Below, in pieces: positions 61,919-64,000 of a stretch of DNA of 64,000 nucleotides (position 1 is its first letter; each line of letters opens with the position of its first letter). Origin of the DNA: Lama guanicoe. Lineage: Eukaryota. Location: contig MU053754.1 of assembly GCA_013239625.1 (NCBI GenBank), forward strand, positions 62,001 through 126,000, in the 5' to 3' direction. Under the pieces are notes generated by a model that was not told the origin of the DNA, did not search any database, and saw only the letters and a program-made list of their open reading frames with translations. A program made the position numbers and the translations under genes.

Positions 61919-63105
61919 ACTTCATAGACTCTGTTTGTCAAACACTGCTTTTAGAAAAGAGCTACCCTGTTGCTCCTCTTTGCTATTTTGCAGTGCTTAT
62001 GCGGACTTAAATATTCACCCCTGCTGGCCGGGGCCTTTCATCGAGCTCATTGTGAGGATTCTCGCCTCTTACTTCTTTCCAGCTCTTTGTGTGTGATGTT
62101 TCCTGTGGGTGAGGTGGTGATGTTTGCCGCCGCCCCCCGCTTGGGTGTCGCTGTTCATTATTTCCCCACGTTTGGCAGTTTATCCTGCGACCCTGCGATC
62201 CTTCTGGGGAGTGCGGTATGAAATAAATAGCCACAATGACGATGTTTGCAGCACTCATCCCCAGCAATTTCGGGAGCATCGGGAGAAAGGACACAGAGAA
62301 ACCAGTGACAAAGGAGTCTCTTTGCGTCTTTGCGTTCCGTCTATAAATAAGCACAGACCAGCTTTCCTCCGTGGTGAAGCATTCGTAGATTATCTTTTCG
62401 GCATAAGTACGCATTTAGTGCGTGCATGTATTTCACCCTTGGATACATTCAATTTGTCTTCGTTTTATAGTTTATTCTGTTAATTAGAAAAGGTTATAAG
62501 ATTAATAACTAGTCATTGCTAATGCATTCAGTAGACTGCACCACCAGCTTGATGAGGGGTTACTCCCCCCAAAAGGGACATAAATGATCAGTTCACAGGC
62601 ATCATATCAACCGTCTGATGAAGTGCACTGCAGAGAAACTGCTCAGGACCGCAGTGGTCTTTTAATGATTTTCAGAATCATCCGAACATCACAAATGCAA
62701 TTATATTCCATGTGCATAATAAATGGACTGTTGTAGGAGGGGTGAGCTGTTATCAATTGAGATGATGCAAATCATGAGAATAGATTCTAGTTGCAGATGG
62801 ATAATAATAATAGGATTCATGTGCATAACAACAAAACTTTATACTTGCACAGGGTTTTACCATTGCCAAGGGATTTTTGTGTGGATACACATACACACAT
62901 GGATTTTCACAGTCAGGTCATGTATGTTTTTTTTTTCCCCCATAGCCATTAAAAAATTGATTTAAGGTTATGTATTAGGTGGAAAATGAGAGCTAAACCA
63001 GTTTCTACTGAGTTCAAGTCCGTTCCTCTTTATATTATTAGATCATACTAGTTTCTGGGAGAAGGAAAGAGTATTTGCAAAATTACAGAGTTTGGGCATA
63101 GCATA

Positions 63106-63197
63106 GTATTTATTTTTTTAATGGGGGTACTGGGGATTGAACCCAGAACCTTATGCATGCTAAGCATGTGCTCTACCACTGAGCCATACCCTCCCCA
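63106..63197 (-). mobile_element. tRNA-Ala-derived SINE (Vic-1 type), short form
   Basis: Near-consensus head and T tail; perfect TSD GGCATAGCATA at 63095-63105 and 63198-63208. Confidence 0.92.
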
Positions 63198-63409
63198 GGC
63201 ATAGCATATTAAATCAGTGAGTAAAGAAGAAAAGGAATAGTGTATTCAGAGGTTTGACAAAAAGAGCTCGATGAAATGATGATGGCCCCTTACCCATTCA
63301 GCTGAGTTCTTGCACTGCCAGCAAATGCTCGAGAGGAACTGAAGCACAGAGGACACGAGTCATCGATAATTGATAACTGGCAGTTTGCTGTAGCTAAGAA
63401 GAGGGTGAG

Positions 63410-63647
63410 GACCGCCTTCCTGCTGTGTCCTCCCCTGGTGGAGAGAGAAGGAGAGAGAGAAGGGGAGAGGGAGCAAGCTGTCCGGTGCCTGTTCTTCTAA
63501 GGGCACTCATCCCATCATGAGAGCCCCACTCTCAGGACTTCCTCTAGCCCAGTCACCTCCCAAAGCCTCCCATCTTTAAGTACCAGCACAGTGAGGGGTG
63601 CAGCTTCCCCATGTGAGTTTGGGCGGGATACAATTGAGTCTACAGCA
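63410..63647 (-). mobile_element. MaLR LTR fragment (MLT1A/B-like)
   Basis: ccttcctgctgtgtcctccc...taagggcactcatcccatcatgag...tcacctcccaaagcc...atgtgagtttggg. Confidence 0.8.
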
Positions 63648-64000
63648 GTGCCTGTTTATCGATTCGGAGGTAACCATTACTTGGCATGTAATTTCAGAAA
63701 ACAGATCTAACAAGACTTCCTCTGAATTAACAGTGCAATTTCGGGATGACTTCCTGTTGTATTTAGAGGGGTCTGACTTGATTTTCAGGGCATCTGCATT
63801 CATGGAATCTCCCAAGTCATTTTTTGTTTTATGCCACAATAACCTTCTACCTACTGAGTAATTAAAATTTTTTCAAGCACCACACATTTCAATTGAAGTG
63901 GTACAACACTTTGAAAGGTGGAAAAGTGGCTTCCAGTAATTTTTTGCTCATTAGTTAAATACGAGAACTGTTTTTACAGAAGAAATAGCGCCGTGATGTT

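Noticed and set aside
62549..62618. C/D-box snoRNA (TGATGA ... CTGA)
   Set aside because: The C box lacks the leading purine, there is no convincing terminal stem or rRNA guide, and no host intron is evident.
27000..64000. A downstream gene such as VCX or PNPLA4, or a processed pseudogene
   Set aside because: No matching exons or ORFs seen. VCX is primate-restricted and PNPLA4 lies much further away in human. Non-coding exons cannot be excluded by eye.

Overview
Mammalian genomic DNA, most likely camelid (ten copies of a tRNA-Ala(AGC)-derived SINE matching the camelid Vic-1 type). The window holds the 3' end of the steroid sulfatase gene STS on the + strand: the last three coding exons (5899-6058, 11004-11125, 23843-24216) with canonical, phase-compatible splice sites and an intact frame. 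A probable 3' UTR follows to about 27 kb, then about 37 kb with no recognisable gene. The rest is interspersed repeats: L1, L2, MIR, MaLR LTRs, and hAT fossils including a near full-length Charlie1-type element. I found no convincing new biological system. The most unusual items are a tailless internal L1 RT fragment flanked by a perfect 15-bp direct repeat, several structurally aberrant SINE copies, retroposon-supplied poly(A) signals and an inverted SINE pair around the STS 3' end, and apparent CpG gain in old repeats that would fit a pseudoautosomal location. Repeat family names, human residue numbers and old-repeat boundaries come from memory and inspection by eye, not from a database search.
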